A stretch of 63,016 nt of DNA, the filler included, from Phoronis australis (lineage: Eukaryota; Animalia; Phoronida), in NCBI GenBank assembly GCA_002633005.1. It is 9 parts of 9 records of this genome, joined end to end, with 100 filler letters (N's around TTAATTAATTAA, not from the genome) between each part and the next. Parts side by side here need not be neighbours in the genome. Positions count along the whole stretch, not along the records: positions 3,317 to 28,581 come from NMRA01000097.1; 8 more parts are not named here. One strand, 5' to 3'. The notes below the pieces were generated by a model that ran no database searches, was not told the DNA's origin, and worked only from the letters and a program-made list of their open reading frames with translations. Position numbers and translations under genes: made by a program. This document shows positions 12,541 to 26,388 of this stretch, piece by piece. How positions within the stretch are numbered: position 1 is the stretch's first letter; every line of letters starts with the position of its first letter.

Positions 12541-15500
12541 CATTTTATCAGCCATTTGATACTTTTTCAACATAGCAGAATCTAGTCAGTATCCAAACTT
12601 TTGATTTGTTAAATATTAAATAATTCGCTGTGTTGCATAGGCAAACAAATTTTGCATTTCTTTTTTTATTACAGAGGAGTATGAACTTTACTTTTTAACC
12701 TTTTCACAGTAGATGATGGTTAGTAAAACAGCCTATATAAATTTCATAACTCTCGTCAACTCTCGAAAATGGACCTTGATTGTCAGCAGAATAAACTCAT
12801 GTGAACATATGAAGTACCGAACAAATCATACATGTACACTATCAAGAGCGAATTCTGGAACTTTAAATCTCGACATTCAACCAACATACATGTAAGAAGG
12901 TGTGCTCAGAGAAATTCTCAGTACAACGTTCAGGGTATTAATTCTTCAAGAACTTCATGCAATGGATTTCTACCTTCATCCTTTGGGCGTCTTCATAACG
13001 CAGCCATCTGTAAATGAGGCATCCATATGTGACTGGAAAACAGCCAAAGATATGGGCCTCTTTCACCAAGCTCATCTCATTTAAAACACTTTTTCTAGAC
13101 AGTCGTCGGTTATCCTTTCTCTTTAGCCACTACTGTACACTTCACACCAGTTCTTTTTCAAGCTGCAATCATTTCGTCATTTTGCCTTTATGTAATGACC
13201 AAGACATAGAGTCGACTTCATTAGAAGTGGGCCGTAGTCAGCTGTCCCCATAACACGCCGACTTAATGTATTTGAAGCAGACACCTACTGCCTTGTAATT
13301 TCACTTAATGCAGCTTCCCTCGCTATGTAACCCATGTGTCTGGAGGATATATTCCACACAAGAATGTGAACAACATAAATTGTGCATCCGTATATGGAGC
13401 AGCATACCAAACACATCCACTCTGGACAGGATGAGTTCATTTTCCGAAACTGGCTCATTCGTATTACAGATAGATCACACATGCAGTGCTGTCTTGTTAT
13501 GCACCTTACCATGTAGATAAATAACTCTTCGTGTAAGCATTTTCATGAAGAAATGCCTTTTTAGAATTGCACGCTACAGTGGTCATATTTCCATGAATGC
13601 ATGTATGTCATTTTACTACTGTAGCGCTGCATGGAGTCAGTTTCAGGAAGCTAAATATTTTCACCACATATTAAATTACAATTTGCCATGAACGAGCCCA
13701 CATCAACGCAAGCCTCGAAATGCGTCGTAAACCTCGCTCATTGACAACGAAATGTCAGGAATGAAACTAATTATTGTACTTTTAAATGCTAAAAGCAATT
13801 TTCCCAAACTCTCACTACTTGACGTCAGTCAAAACTACTTTTGGAAGGCAAGACAAATAGGAGGGGGCGCATTTGCTCCAGTCTCATTTAAAATTAATGG
13901 CCAAGTAATTAAGTGCTTGAACGAAATTAAAATGTGAATTATTCATGACACGTATTTGTCATTTTACATTGAATTCAAGTAATGAACAAGCGATGCCCAG
14001 AAACGGAAGTCACTATTGCGCGAAATGTTGAGCATCAATTCGCTCAGCGATAATCAGTCATACTGTATCCTCAGGCAATTGCAGAAATAGTATAGGTAGA
14101 TCGTTGCGAGCAAGGTTATAAAATGTAAACAACAAGCCTGCCTCTCAAAGTATAAAATCACCTTTCGAAATTTTATCATTTTCATAATTTTTTGATTCCA
14201 GATATACATGCACACAGTACATATACATAGAACACAAAGGTAAACAGAGTCGATGTTAAATGATAAAAATCAATTCACTTCAATTGGTGTTACGCACGTC
14301 AAATTTAGACTTAACTCAGCTGCATGACTAAAATGAAAAGTAGTCTGAGTTCAACTACCTTCATCCGATTAGGCATGCCCTATAGGCAAAACAGTGGCTA
14401 CTTGAATAAGTTGTCTTAACCTACTGGATTGTAGGTCGATCCAAGCTGAGCGTATTCAGAGGAAACGATAAATCCATGTAATTTTCGCAACAGTTGGATT
14501 ATTCAAGTTACTAATATTACGATAGAATTTTCAGCATCAAAATTCTATCACAATCGCACAGTCTTTCCAATCAATATTTTGCATGTGATGACAAAACGGA
14601 GACAAAATCACATCTTAACATTTTAAATTTACATGCGTATATACTACTTAGTTCACTTTCCCGATGTTAATCTTTAACTTTCTATGTTTTCCGCTCGAAA
14701 TTATCGCTTCTTGCTTCAAAATATTGCCCTGGGGCAACATTAAAATCTGAAACTTGGTCTTACCTGTCACTTAGCAATATAGGTATAGGCACCGCTTAGA
14801 AAAGTGTGCAAATTACCGCACTAACTACTTGTAGCATTCATGGATATATTCTCGAAGAATTTGCATTTGTGCTTAAATAAATGGGAAAAGCGTCAAAATG
14901 AAATGTAAATTTAAATGTAAACCACCAATTTTTATAGATAACTAAAACATGTTCATAGATACATGTAACTAAAACATTTAAACATTTGAAAAAAAAAATC
15001 CAAGCATCCTCATTACTATGCTGACGCGGAATGAAAATTTGATTGGAATATAGTTGTGCAAATCGCAGGTCTAACTTTTCATGGAACAGACCACAGCGAA
15101 TATTGTTTTTTATTTTTTTTATTTTTCGATTACAATAAAATTCATGTAGTTTTCCTCTGTTTATATCTAAAACGTTGGGGTAAGTTTGGTAGGCACACCA
15201 GGGACCTCAGGTAATGTCTAAGGAGACATATTTTATGGAACTTCGCACCCCTTAAACTTCAAAGATTTTAGTCAAATTATTTGCATGTAAACATTCGTGC
15301 TTTTCATTAGATTGTACTGAAACCCCGTCCACAGCCTTACCCCTTGACTCCTTCGACTCACACCCCAATCGACCCTCAAACCCCTCGACCTACGACCCAT
15401 GGTCAACCACCCCCTCGACCCAGGGCCTGAGGCAATAGAGGTATCGGTGCGTCCATAATCTTGTTACGTCGCTGGGCGACTTTCCCATAAGAAATACATG

Positions 15501-18490
15501 TACCTACACGCGAGTCTGCTCTAGTAAAAGTCTGGTGATTGAAAACATAAAGTAGCGTGAGAACACTGATGGTCTTGAATAGCACAATGTGTGCGCGCCA
15601 TCGTTCTCACAGAAATAGTTCCAAGAAAGGATACCAACGGCACATTTCTAATAAACTTAGGGAGAAGGTACGTTAACGTAAATGTACATAACTTCACATT
15701 ATATCATTTCTTTGCTTTACATTTTAGTCGTTTACAGTATACGCAATATAGCGTTAAAATACTTTTAGTTATCTGTTTGTTTTTCAGACTGTATTTACTG
15801 GTGAAAATACAGTTTTGTCGATTCCTTTCACCCTGAAATTTACTGACGAGCAGACAAGACGATTACACTCTGGTGGGAGAGAAATTTGTAACATTGATAG
15901 GTCTTTGATTTGGTTTGATTTGGTCGCGTTGCTTTTTTCTGTTTTAGCTTTCAAACTTGCCAAATGGACAGGGAAAAGCCAGCCGAGTTCACGGCCAAAC
16001 TCATTGGTCCTACAAGTCAGCATTTGTTCTATGTTCAAATCGAGTCGAGCTTGTGTAGACTGGGTCAACAGGTTTCTGGGTCGTGGGTAAAGGAGTGTGT
16101 GGGTAAAGAGGATCGAGGGGTGTGGGAGTCGATGGGTTTTTGGAACAATCCCTTTCCATTTGTATTTGGACTTTTCCTCGACCGTTGGTCTTCAATGGTG
16201 AAGTATCCATGTGAACAGTGCAGGTGAAAATTATTCAGATGAAAGGATCCGGACTTTCCATTCATTACGGCTGGGGACAACCGGAATTTGAAATGGGTTC
16301 TCTCACGACCAAGAATGAGAGGGAATTGACAGAATGTTTAAAATATGGGCACGACATTCTTTAATTAGAGTTTTAAAACCATAAACGTCGTTACGTGTCA
16401 TTTTGGCTGCTAATATACCTTGTCATAGTGACTGAAAACGATGATTTTGTCATGATTTGCGCTTGTACATGTACACACATTTATGCAATCATAGGATCAG
16501 GGACTCACTCATTATCCTTTGGACGAGAAGAGTTGACGTATCCCAAATTCAATTGCAAGGCTGTTTGAGTGTTTAAGTGCATCACTTCCACAGGAAACTA
16601 TTTTCTATCCCGTTTCGCGAACAATGGACACGTACCGTTACTATTAAAACATGTTGATCTGAATACAAAAGAAAGTGTGATTATTGCGGCACCATATTGA
16701 AACACCTCGAGGGTAAAGATCGTGAACTTGTGTGATCCCTTTTGAGTGAAAAACGCAGCTCCTTTTTACGCAGAGCATCACGTAAACAGATTTATGTTGT
16801 GAGACAAATTACAGGAAAGTTGGGTGATAGTTTTAAGAACGCCTAAAACTTTGGTTGCAGTAACTTTAGCAAAAACGATATAAAATAATCTTTTTCTCTG
16901 ATCAAGAATTGAGTGCTAGTCAAGATGTCGTGAAAATCCATTCAACTTAAAGAGACTAATACATTTTAAAGGCGTTTTTGTTTGGCGCTGGATATTTTAA
17001 ATAATACAAGGTATTTTGAACTGTTTCAGTTCTTAAATATCAAAGAAAGTTATTGAAAATGACATTTTTCAAATGGAAAGTTTGGCGCTGTGATCAACAA
17101 CTGGCACAGTGCAAGCTCTGTGTGTGTTTGCTTGGCTGAATAATTTTTGTATTGGCGTTATTACTGGGTTTTTGAATGCCAAATTATCCTGTTTCGTTAT
17201 GCAGCGTGACGTCATACATATTTATACACAGAAGCAGGCCTTAGTAGATGTTTAAAACTGAATATGCGACCGCAAATTCCACCCAGGCCACGAAACAATT
17301 CATCGAAAGCAGTCCACGAGTCCTCTGTTGAACCACAATAAATTCTTGTTGCTCGTCCCTCACCAATTACCGTAGAACAATTTCAATTACTGTAACTTAA
17401 CTTAGGCTCCTACAAAATGTCTAAATTTGGCTGACTTAGGAATATCAAAAGTTTAACGTAAATACACTGTAACACCTTCTCATTTGAAATGAGCTTTTCT
17501 CAAATAAATGAGCTTCGAAACATTACAATTGCTAAGGTGAGATATTTGAATTTATACTAAACAAAACTGTTCTATTTGCATCTAGACTACACAAATGAAA
17601 TGATATGAAATTGGGTAGAATGTGATCGTGTTATCATTTTTATCAAAAATATACTGTGTCGATTAATGTTGATTTCATAGAAAGGATAGTTCGTTGTTGC
17701 TGGTGGTCAGGTTCAAAAAGTTGCAGTTGCTCGCCAGAAGGGGCCTTGCTTTGCGCCGTGGATGACCTCAAGGGTTTTAAAAATGTTAAGTGCTCTTCAA
17801 ACTCGCAAACTTATGCGGTTTTGTGAGGTCCTTGTTGTCCGGCGACATTTCCTAATGATATAAATGAGAATATATAATGATATAAATGAGAATGAATTTG
17901 GGGCACATATTCAGTCCTTCGTTTAGCAGTGCTTTGCAAAAGGGCCCCTAGTTATTTGAAGCAGGAGAATACAACGTAGAGTTCATTTTCTATTGGTATT
18001 GAACCAAAGTACGTGGTACTAAACCTAAAATATTGCATGCAAATGCAACCTATGTTTTCACAGGTCAACAAATGGGTAGAATATTTGGGCACATTAGTTT
18101 AGACTATTTCATCTAGCTTGGCATACATCTCACAAGATTAAAAGATTATTCTTTCTACGCATTTCAATCACTAATAACGCTATACAATGCAGCGACATTT
18201 TATGCGACATTCGCAGTGCGTAAAAATGCCTCGTACTTTGTATACTGAGTCGAATCAGTTCGGAGCAAATCGCAATGTTCTCTTTCAAACGACAACATCT
18301 TACAATTGTGTTAGAAAGCATGTAAACTCGCGGTTAGTTGTAAGGGACTATTGTATACACTGTACTTAATCTTATAAGCAAAAGGCGGTATTGCAAACAG
18401 GGTTTGCCGTGTTACAACCTGTCGCATTCCTCAAATAACGACAGTCTGCTCAACACGGCAACCTACATGCTTCCACCATCTGGTTCTAAC

Positions 18491-18859
18491 CTGATTTGAA
18501 GTGAAGTTGTGAATTCGTATAATGGTCCCAAGATTTTCTCCTTCTTTTACTGAGTTTCCATGCCACTCCATATCGTGATGACGTTCCTGAGACAAATAAC
18601 ATACTCTTGTATCGTCTTCGTAATAAGCCGAGGTGCAAACTGCATTTCTGTTGCAGTAGAGCGCGCACTCCATTTCACTTCTTGTGCCAATGTGTTGCGC
18701 GAAGTAGGACCGTGAAGACAACCCAGTTGTACTTGTAACAGAACAAGTAAATCCCAGTGAAATGGTGGAGCACGTTTGAATTTTTTCTGAAAATAGAGTG
18801 TCTGACTGACACAACTTAACTAGACTTAAAAAAACCGCTGTCCAAACGGACAAAAACAT
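18491..18859 (-). CDS. First coding exon of a secreted PAN/Apple-domain protein
   Basis: ATG at 18859; signal-peptide-like MFLSVWTAVFLSLVKLCQS; PAN Cys pattern SEMECALYCNRNAVCTSAYYEDDTRVCYLS; cag|gttaga donor, phase 0. Confidence 0.8.
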
Positions 18860-19744
18860 GCCCCTTGTCGTTATCATCAGTAACACTGCCCACTGATCAC
18901 CAAGTGAAGTTTGCCGGTCTATGTTATCAGAAATCAATCGATCTCAATTCTGTTTCAATTTTAATGAAAACGATCTGTTACATTAAACAAACGGCATACC
19001 CAGTGCTCCATTTCTAAAAGTAGTACAATCCTGTTAATGGAAAACAGCGTAATTAGCGTTTCAATAATGCGCGAGTGATTTTGAGCAGCCGTCTTCGACA
19101 TAGTACTCGTGAGTTTGATAACGTGATAATCACGCACTCACGTAAAGTTTAACATCGTGCAATATAGGGCCCGTGCTATCCATACATGTACCTTGGAATA
19201 AATACATATAGAAACGCCGCACACTTCACCCCTTTATGAATTTCAAGCAAAGCCTCCAAGCCTATGTTCCAGTGCAACCAACGTATACCCCAAGACAAAA
19301 ACGTCAACTGAATTGCTGTTAACGTTTTCGATCGTTTTATCTGAATTAGGTGGGAATTATATGCATGTTAACTATGTTGGATTTTGGCCAAATTAACTCA
19401 GCACGATTTTTTCAGTATTGTGCATTTACAAAATATACAATGAAAATCATTCCCAAGGAAAATGTGCGACCACCACAACACTAGTCACAACTAAACAGCT
19501 TAACGAAATCTCACATCTGAAGCAGTTAAAGGAAAATATCGCCTGGTTTAATTAGGCTTGTTTACCGTCTTAATTGGTCTATTTCCAAATCACAACGTTT
19601 ACGGTCGATCTTACCTCGCCGAGAAATGTCGCGTTAACCTGTGAGGAAGATGATAAATGACGCAGGACGTCAGTGGTCCTTCTGTAGAATTAGTGCCGCT
19701 ATGGTGTGGTGTATCGTTGCCGCATATGCAGACTATGAAGCTGC

Positions 19745-20265
19745 GAGGAAAGCCGGTATATCGTTTTCTTCGATGTGGTCGAGAGCTAATAATGCTTCGG
19801 AAGTGGCTCCCGATAGGGGAGAATGAAAGCAACGCCGTTAATACCAAGTATGAGGCCGTGAAACTTCTCCTTGTCTGCCAGTGGCCTGCATTACGTCGGA
19901 TCGGTTGCTCATCAGTTTTTGATAAGAGAGAATTGTAGTTGGCCATAAAAACATAAGCAATTGCAGTTAATCCTAGGCATGAGAACACAATGTTTCATAC
20001 AACCTACTTGGTGGGTGACTTTGTTCTAGAGGATTCCGTTTGGTCATCTGGGTGTAGGATGTTTTCGCCTTTTCTTTTTCTCAGCCCTAAAAGAACGTCG
20101 TAAGCACACCACTGTTTAGATGCGGTTGAAAACCAGGATGGTCCTTGAGACACATCTGCGCTTCTCCAAGAAGACGTTTCATGGGCAGAATTTTGTCGCA
20201 GCAAACGTAAGCGTCACTAGTTTCCGTTATCGCTGTCACTGACTCCATGACCTACATTCAAACGG
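19745..20265 (-). pseudogene. Degenerate P2X7 C-terminal ballast-like / Kolobok KolX-like ORF
   Basis: Frameshifted pieces RLNV..WSQ*QR* (decayed WCxCxxC), ETSDAYVCCDKI, CLKDHPGFQPHLNSGVL, REPLP and RYTGF, in the expected order. Confidence 0.55.
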
Positions 20266-21492
20266 TTTTCGGATCTTTCCAGGTGTTCCGTTAACTGTGC
20301 ACCTTCACAGAGCCTCTATTATTTCTCGATCAGTGTATCCTTGTGAAACTTAACGATCGACCGGTGAAGTCTTTGTCAGATAAGGGAGCGGGACAATGTC
20401 AACGAGCCAATCCAGGTATGCAGCAAGGACATGTGTTGTCGAAAATCATGATTCTATTTTTGGAGTGCAAGGATTCCCAGACACTCTTCTTCAAAGAATA
20501 TACGAAAGACAAAACTGCGCGGCTACCAAAATTCGATCAGCCGGACGTTAATATTTATTTGTGCAATGGATTGTGGAAATGAAACTGCAGAAAACGAGAT
20601 CTTTAATGTTAACTATGAAATAGTCACAGAAAGTGCCAAAAGGCACATATAAAGAAATATAAAAATATACACAAATTCATGAATAAAATGAGAAAATTAC
20701 AATGATATGGTAATGAATATCAATTGAAATAAATAATTTTCATTCACAATAAATAATTTCAAATGTATACAATTTATCTACATGTACTCACTCGAAGGGT
20801 TTACTCACACGGACTCACAAAGAGATTTGATATTAAAAAGGAATTTTGATTTTCATTTAGGTCGACCTCCAATTTACATCCACTTAGAAAAATTGAGGAA
20901 GATCTGAATATTTTTTGTAAACATTGTCAGATTTTTTGAGTGTCTAGAAAAGTGGGGCCCTCTGCTCCCAACATACCGCACAGGCAAGCAAACAGTATAT
21001 GAGCATTTGTCGGAGTGTCTCCACAGAAAAAGAGTGGGTGAAACATGGGGTAATTTCCATGGCTTTGTAGAAAATTACGAGGCAGCACCAACCCAGTAAA
21101 ATATCTTGAAGTGGACATGTCAGTCAACTACACGGCTGCCAAAGAGCACTTGGAAATTTGGCCTATAAGAACTCCGCGAAGGTGAGTTGGAATACATGCA
21201 ATTATTCTTTCGTAGTGTTAAAACTCAATCAAAGATTTCGTCACAACTAGACATTTGTAGTTAATAACACTATGCACTTAGCTCAGTACTCAAAGTCAGT
21301 ATTCACTTTCTCCCCAGATCAGATTCAGAAAGTTATAATGTCCATTTGTGTGTGTCTATTAATTTTGGTGTACTTTGATTTTGTTTTGTTGGTACCAATA
21401 ACTGTGCACACTATTTTGTTACATTGGGGTTTCTTACATTGCTACTGTATTTTTGGGTTTATAAGTATCAATAATTTTGTGATGATTTGTGT

Positions 21493-21530
21493 CAGTGGCG
21501 GATCTAGGATATCACAAGGGGGGGCCCAAC
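21493..21530 (+). mobile_element. hAT-like MITE terminus CAGTGGCGGATCTAGGA (second copy at 28258)
   Basis: Identical 17-mer followed by a G-run at 21493 and 28258. Confidence 0.55.
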
Positions 21531-21738
21531 TTTTTGTCCGGCTGTAAGCATTTGCGCAAACTGAACCACGTTTGTACATGTATATGCGCATAGCACCGAA
21601 GTGGGTGCCAAACCCCCCTCTCCCGCCAAAGAAATCTTTCTGTTTTTACCTCTAAAAATCAAGCATTTTCCTTGATTCCTGAAGACAAAAGAGGCAAAAA
21701 AAACAGAGAACGTGTCAAACAGAAAAAACTGCAAGAAC

Positions 21739-21800
21739 CTAAGACTTGAACTCACGACCTAGCGGATAGAGCGCGCCTGAATTACCAGTACACCACCACA
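21739..21800 (-). mobile_element. tRNA-derived SINE-like head or tRNA pseudogene
   Basis: Minus strand gtggtgtactggtaa (A box) ... gtcgtgagttcaagtct (B box); no intact cloverleaf evident. Confidence 0.45.
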
Positions 21801-22879
21801 TCTTAGCTATTAATCGCTATCTAAGAGCCCTACTTATTTATGGTCCACAGCGTTTGCGCGCGAAACCTACTTCTTTTTTGTAATGCTTATTACACGTTTT
21901 ATAGTTTGTGCCATCAATTCTTAACAAATGTGTCGTATTTAAAATAGTCTTCAAATGCCCAAAAGACCAAATCCGTTACTCGTGTTGGCAATGATGACGG
22001 GGTTGCTTTGGAAATCGTCTTAAGATAAGGTTTGACAAAGAGAGTATTGCGAGTTCCTGAGTGATTCACTAAGGCTTCGATTAAAATTGACATCTTACCA
22101 GCAGCTTCTGTTTTTCATCGTCAGTCAGGTTCCATTTTCTTTAAAAAATGAATTAAATTTTCTTCATTGCACAGTGGAGCAGACGACGGAAACGGAGTCG
22201 CAGTGTGCAGCACCACTGCTGGTCGCCTGGGATATCGCGGGAGAGCCTATACTTAGCCATAGTTCCGTTGCGAATGCCCCGTGTTCCGATTTTGACGCTT
22301 GAAATTGAATTTGAGCCCCCCCCCCGCCCCCCACCCCAACACTAAAACTGCACACATTTAAATCATTTTTTATCCGTATAATTTTAATTACAGGGGTTAA
22401 TTAATAAACTCAACAAACTTACTGTTTTATTTTTTGCGGCCTATGTATGTTGCTAGTGGCCCGATGATGCAGCAATACAGATTTGAATAAGTGCCCTAGT
22501 TAATTAAAGATATCCCTGTTTCTAAGTTAAACTGCCCTGGCTGACAGAACCCAAAGGAGGTTACACAAATGGACCAAATTTGTATGCTGTATGATATATT
22601 TATCTACTTTGCTTGACAGTTCATCATAACCTAATAGGCCTGCTACGCTAAACAGCAAATTTACCATTTCAGTGAAAACTGTTACTAATATGTATATTCC
22701 TCTCCACAGTAATTTTACAATCAGAACTGAAGATGATGGGCACCGGAAAACAGTTCTAAGACATGCTTAGTGGGTTCAAATGTAATAGAGTATCATCAAG
22801 TCTCAAACAGGCGAAAGCAAAAAAGGTATTGAATCCGGTTTACGGGCCAAATGGAGATGTTAGCTGACCTAGGAAGCCG

Positions 22880-23080
22880 ATGAGTCCGTGACCCGTGTTT
22901 GGCGGTCCGTTAACCGTGTTTCCTCGTGAATATGAGTCCGTGTCCCGTGTATTTGGGTGCGTGATTGGATGGTGTTTTGTGACTCCGTTCCTGTGTTTGT
23001 GAGTCAGTGGACGGTGTTTGCAGGTCCGTGAGACGTGTTCATGCGTCCTTGCCCGTGTTTATGAGTCCGTTGATCGTGTA
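22880..23080. repeat. Degenerate ~20-bp minisatellite (gagtccgtgacccgtgttt consensus)
   Basis: About 9 imperfect units visible. Confidence 0.8.
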
Positions 23081-24732
23081 GTTTAGGTACCTTGATACAG
23101 GAGAAACATTTCCTTTTAAAATCTGACTTATATTTGCATACTTGCACTCGCATTTACGAATGGATTTGGACTCTTAAAAATGACCAGAAAACCTAACTAG
23201 GGGTTAGTAGGGGTGGTTCGGAATTTTACTTTTTCTGTTATTTTTTCAAGCATTTCACTTGCTACAGCCAGCGAATAAACATGTTTGCTAGAAAGCACAG
23301 ATTTAACTTTCGTATCTGCAACAAGTCGTGCTACAATTTCGAAGACGAGGGCTACTCGCATTTACTGTCCCAGATATCCTTTCTAAAACTCTAGTAAGGC
23401 CAAAGACTAATCTCACAGCAAAAAATCCATGAATAAGAAATCCATTTGTAACACCAAACATGGGTTGTAAAGCCCATAGAACTACGTACTTGTTAACTTT
23501 CTCTATGTGTGTGTAGAGATCTTTTTTGTTACTTCCACAGGGAAGAGGCCTGGTACCACTGGGTATACATGTACTCCTACATTAACGGAGTGGTGGCACA
23601 CATGGACGGAATTCTTTCTGCTTACTTCCCTTCGAATAAGACCACAACACTGAAACAGCCCATGATCTTCATGAATAGACTCTGCTGAAGCTTGACAGTG
23701 ATCTGATGAGAAAGCAAAATGATGTTATTACTAAGTAAGCTTGCCTGCTACATGATGACTCATCCTTAAAATAATTCCACAAAATAAAACCTAAAAGTTT
23801 CAAAATATAAAATACGACTAGTTAAGATCATGAAGGTCAATGTTTGCAGAATTCAAAGACAAACTGTCAAATGTGTTATGTTCCAGAATGCACAATCAGT
23901 TTCCACTGAGCTATAAGTGGGAAAATTGAGACAAGAAGGCTGCATGAAGTAATATGGAGTAAAGAAAGCCCCGCATATAAATGGAACAAATTGAATCCAA
24001 GTCACATACTAGTAGCTGTGACTCAATCAATTCCATTTTGATGCACAGTGGGTTTATAATCAGAGAATATTTTGATCAACTTTGTGAAAAATATTTTCAT
24101 CCTAGGAAAATAATTCGTAAGACATCATTTGTTAGGTCTCAATTACACTTTCAATGCACACATCAATATTATTATGGATGAATTGTATTTTGATGATAAC
24201 TTCTAAGATACTTTTGTTAGCCAATTAGATGTAACTTGAGTGTGTCATGGACATACGCTGTGAATTTCTAAGATTAAAATGTTTCTGATGGCTAAGATAT
24301 CAATTCAGAATGATTAAGCTGTTATTGGTACTTTGCAATTGAATCAAAATTAAATTAGAGCAATACAACATCTATTTTTTCTTAATCAAAATACATCGAT
24401 TCGGCCTTTTACACAAGACCATCATCACAGACAAGTCTATGCTATGACTTTACACTCTTTATGATGTTAACTTTTAAACAAATTGAATATCTTGAAAGAT
24501 ATGATACAATCGCATAACTAGTGAGTAAATATTGCCAACCTAAAGATGAAATGTGTAATGTTTAAAAACGCAATTGCCGGCAATTCAACAACTTCTAATA
24601 CTCACCTTTATTATTCACTTCATATAATTCATTTGAGCTTGTATCATCTGGCAGGTAGCGCAGCGCCAATCAAAAAACTCCATGCAAATGACGTGAAATT
24701 TTTGAAAAGCACTTCTTAGTTACCAGACAACT

Positions 24733-24991
24733 AGTTCTACCTGACTCCACTGGTTGACGTTTTGCTAATTTTAACTAGCTGATACAGGTACCATTACAAA
24801 AATACTAGTACAAATGCTCGGTTCTACCTGACTCCGCTTGTTGCAAAATGTCCAACTAGCTGATCCAGGTATCGTCACAACAATACAAATGCTGACTCCA
24901 TTGGTTGATATTTTGCAAAAGTCAACTATCTGATCCAAGTATCATCATAAAAATACAAATGCTAGGTCCTACCTGACTCCGCTGGGTGACA
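24733..24991. repeat. Degenerate ~70-85-bp tandem repeat, 3-4 units
   Basis: Recurrent ctacctgactcc, actagctgat(a/c)caggta and aatacaaatgct blocks. Confidence 0.8.
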
Positions 24992-26177
24992 TTTCAGTAG
25001 GCCTAAGTCTCTAAGACTAAGACTCCTAGTCACTAAGACTAAGATTAAGAGGCTTAGGTAAGGAATACAATACACATAACCGCAGTGTTCAAATATTTAA
25101 AAACGCGCCTTTCGCGAAGTTTCTCCGGCAAAAGAGCAGTGGTTTCTTTGAAGATCATACCAAGCATAAAATATAATAAATTAAGACCACGCACCATGTC
25201 GAAATTCGTCCAATGCCGCGGTCACATTCCTCGGATTCGACAAATTCTCTGCTAGAACATTAACATTTCGAAAGGAAGTAAAGATTGGGAATCCCTCTTG
25301 ACAGAACGCATGCGCGTGACATAAGTCACTTCCACCTGGATTGGCTCGTTGATATCGTCCCGCTCCCGTCGGATAAGCACTCGTCTAAGTCGGGATTGCT
25401 ACTTGCCACGTTGAGTTTATTATTGTGCTTCTTTTTCAAAACGAATTATTCTCAACATAACCAATGCTTATAAAAAACTGATACAAAGTCTGTCTCAGAT
25501 ACAATTCGTGATGCCTTGGAGTGTTCGTGAATGCAAATGTTTTGAGAAGCCAACAACGAATAAATCACTAAGTTACCGGCTTTAGATACAACAAACTAAT
25601 TGACCTAGCACTCGGCCGAGGCCGTGCGAGTGCATAATGACATAAGTGTTTAATGACATAAAGCTGTTGTGAAACTATAACTCGATTTTATATCCTGTGT
25701 TCAGATGATCTTTATACAGATATTCCTATTAATTATTCAAATCATTGTTACTGCACAGCTTTTGCTCTGACAGGTGTTTGGAAGGGTAACCTGACTTCGC
25801 GGCCCCTGAAGAGCTTATTCACAAAATAATAACGCGCACATTTTTTGGCTCACCAGTATTCTCTTTACGTGAGTGGAAGATAAGTTTCCAACTTTATCGG
25901 GTTCCTAGCCACGACAGGGTTAGCAAAGGTTTTGTGTATTTAGAACTGAAAAATATGCAAGTCTAAAATTACAGCTCACAGCTATGTTCTCCTGTCTGTG
26001 TTTAACGGACTAATAATTTAAATTTATCACGGAACACCCCACTGGACTTGGTAATTTGGCCTACCGAAAGTTAAGACTCCTAAAACTCCGTAACATAGAA
26101 ATAACGTAACAAGTTTGTTCAATAACACAATGTATATTTAAAGGTTTTACTTCGAATTTTGATAATGCATTGGTTTA

Positions 26178-26388
26178 AAATGACGAAGTCAAGCGATAAG
26201 CTGGCACCAGTAAGCGTGTTGGGAAGTGCTGAACAGACTGCATTCGAACCTCTAATGTCATTGGTTGATTTCAATCCTCCATCTGCCGTCAGGTGTCAGG
26301 TAAAAGAGATGTGCATGCTGTTATCGAGTGGAACTACTGTTTCTAAATTGAAACAAAATAGGCTGTTTTTGGGTGGCATTCTCGATTA
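26178..26388 (+). mobile_element. Dispersed repeat, transposon end (homologous to 54303-54518)
   Basis: Colinear tcaagcgataagct, gctgaacagactgc, ctgccgt, ctaaattga, tttttgggtggcat; both copies end at TTAA. Confidence 0.85.

Noticed and set aside
22880-24991. Short tandem repeats as a CRISPR array
   Set aside because: Degenerate units without unique constant-length spacers; no cas genes; eukaryotic context
19526-26388. Single full-length Kolobok element bounded by the TTAA sites at 19526 and 26385
   Set aside because: The two ends are not convincing inverted repeats and no transposase remnant was recognised between them
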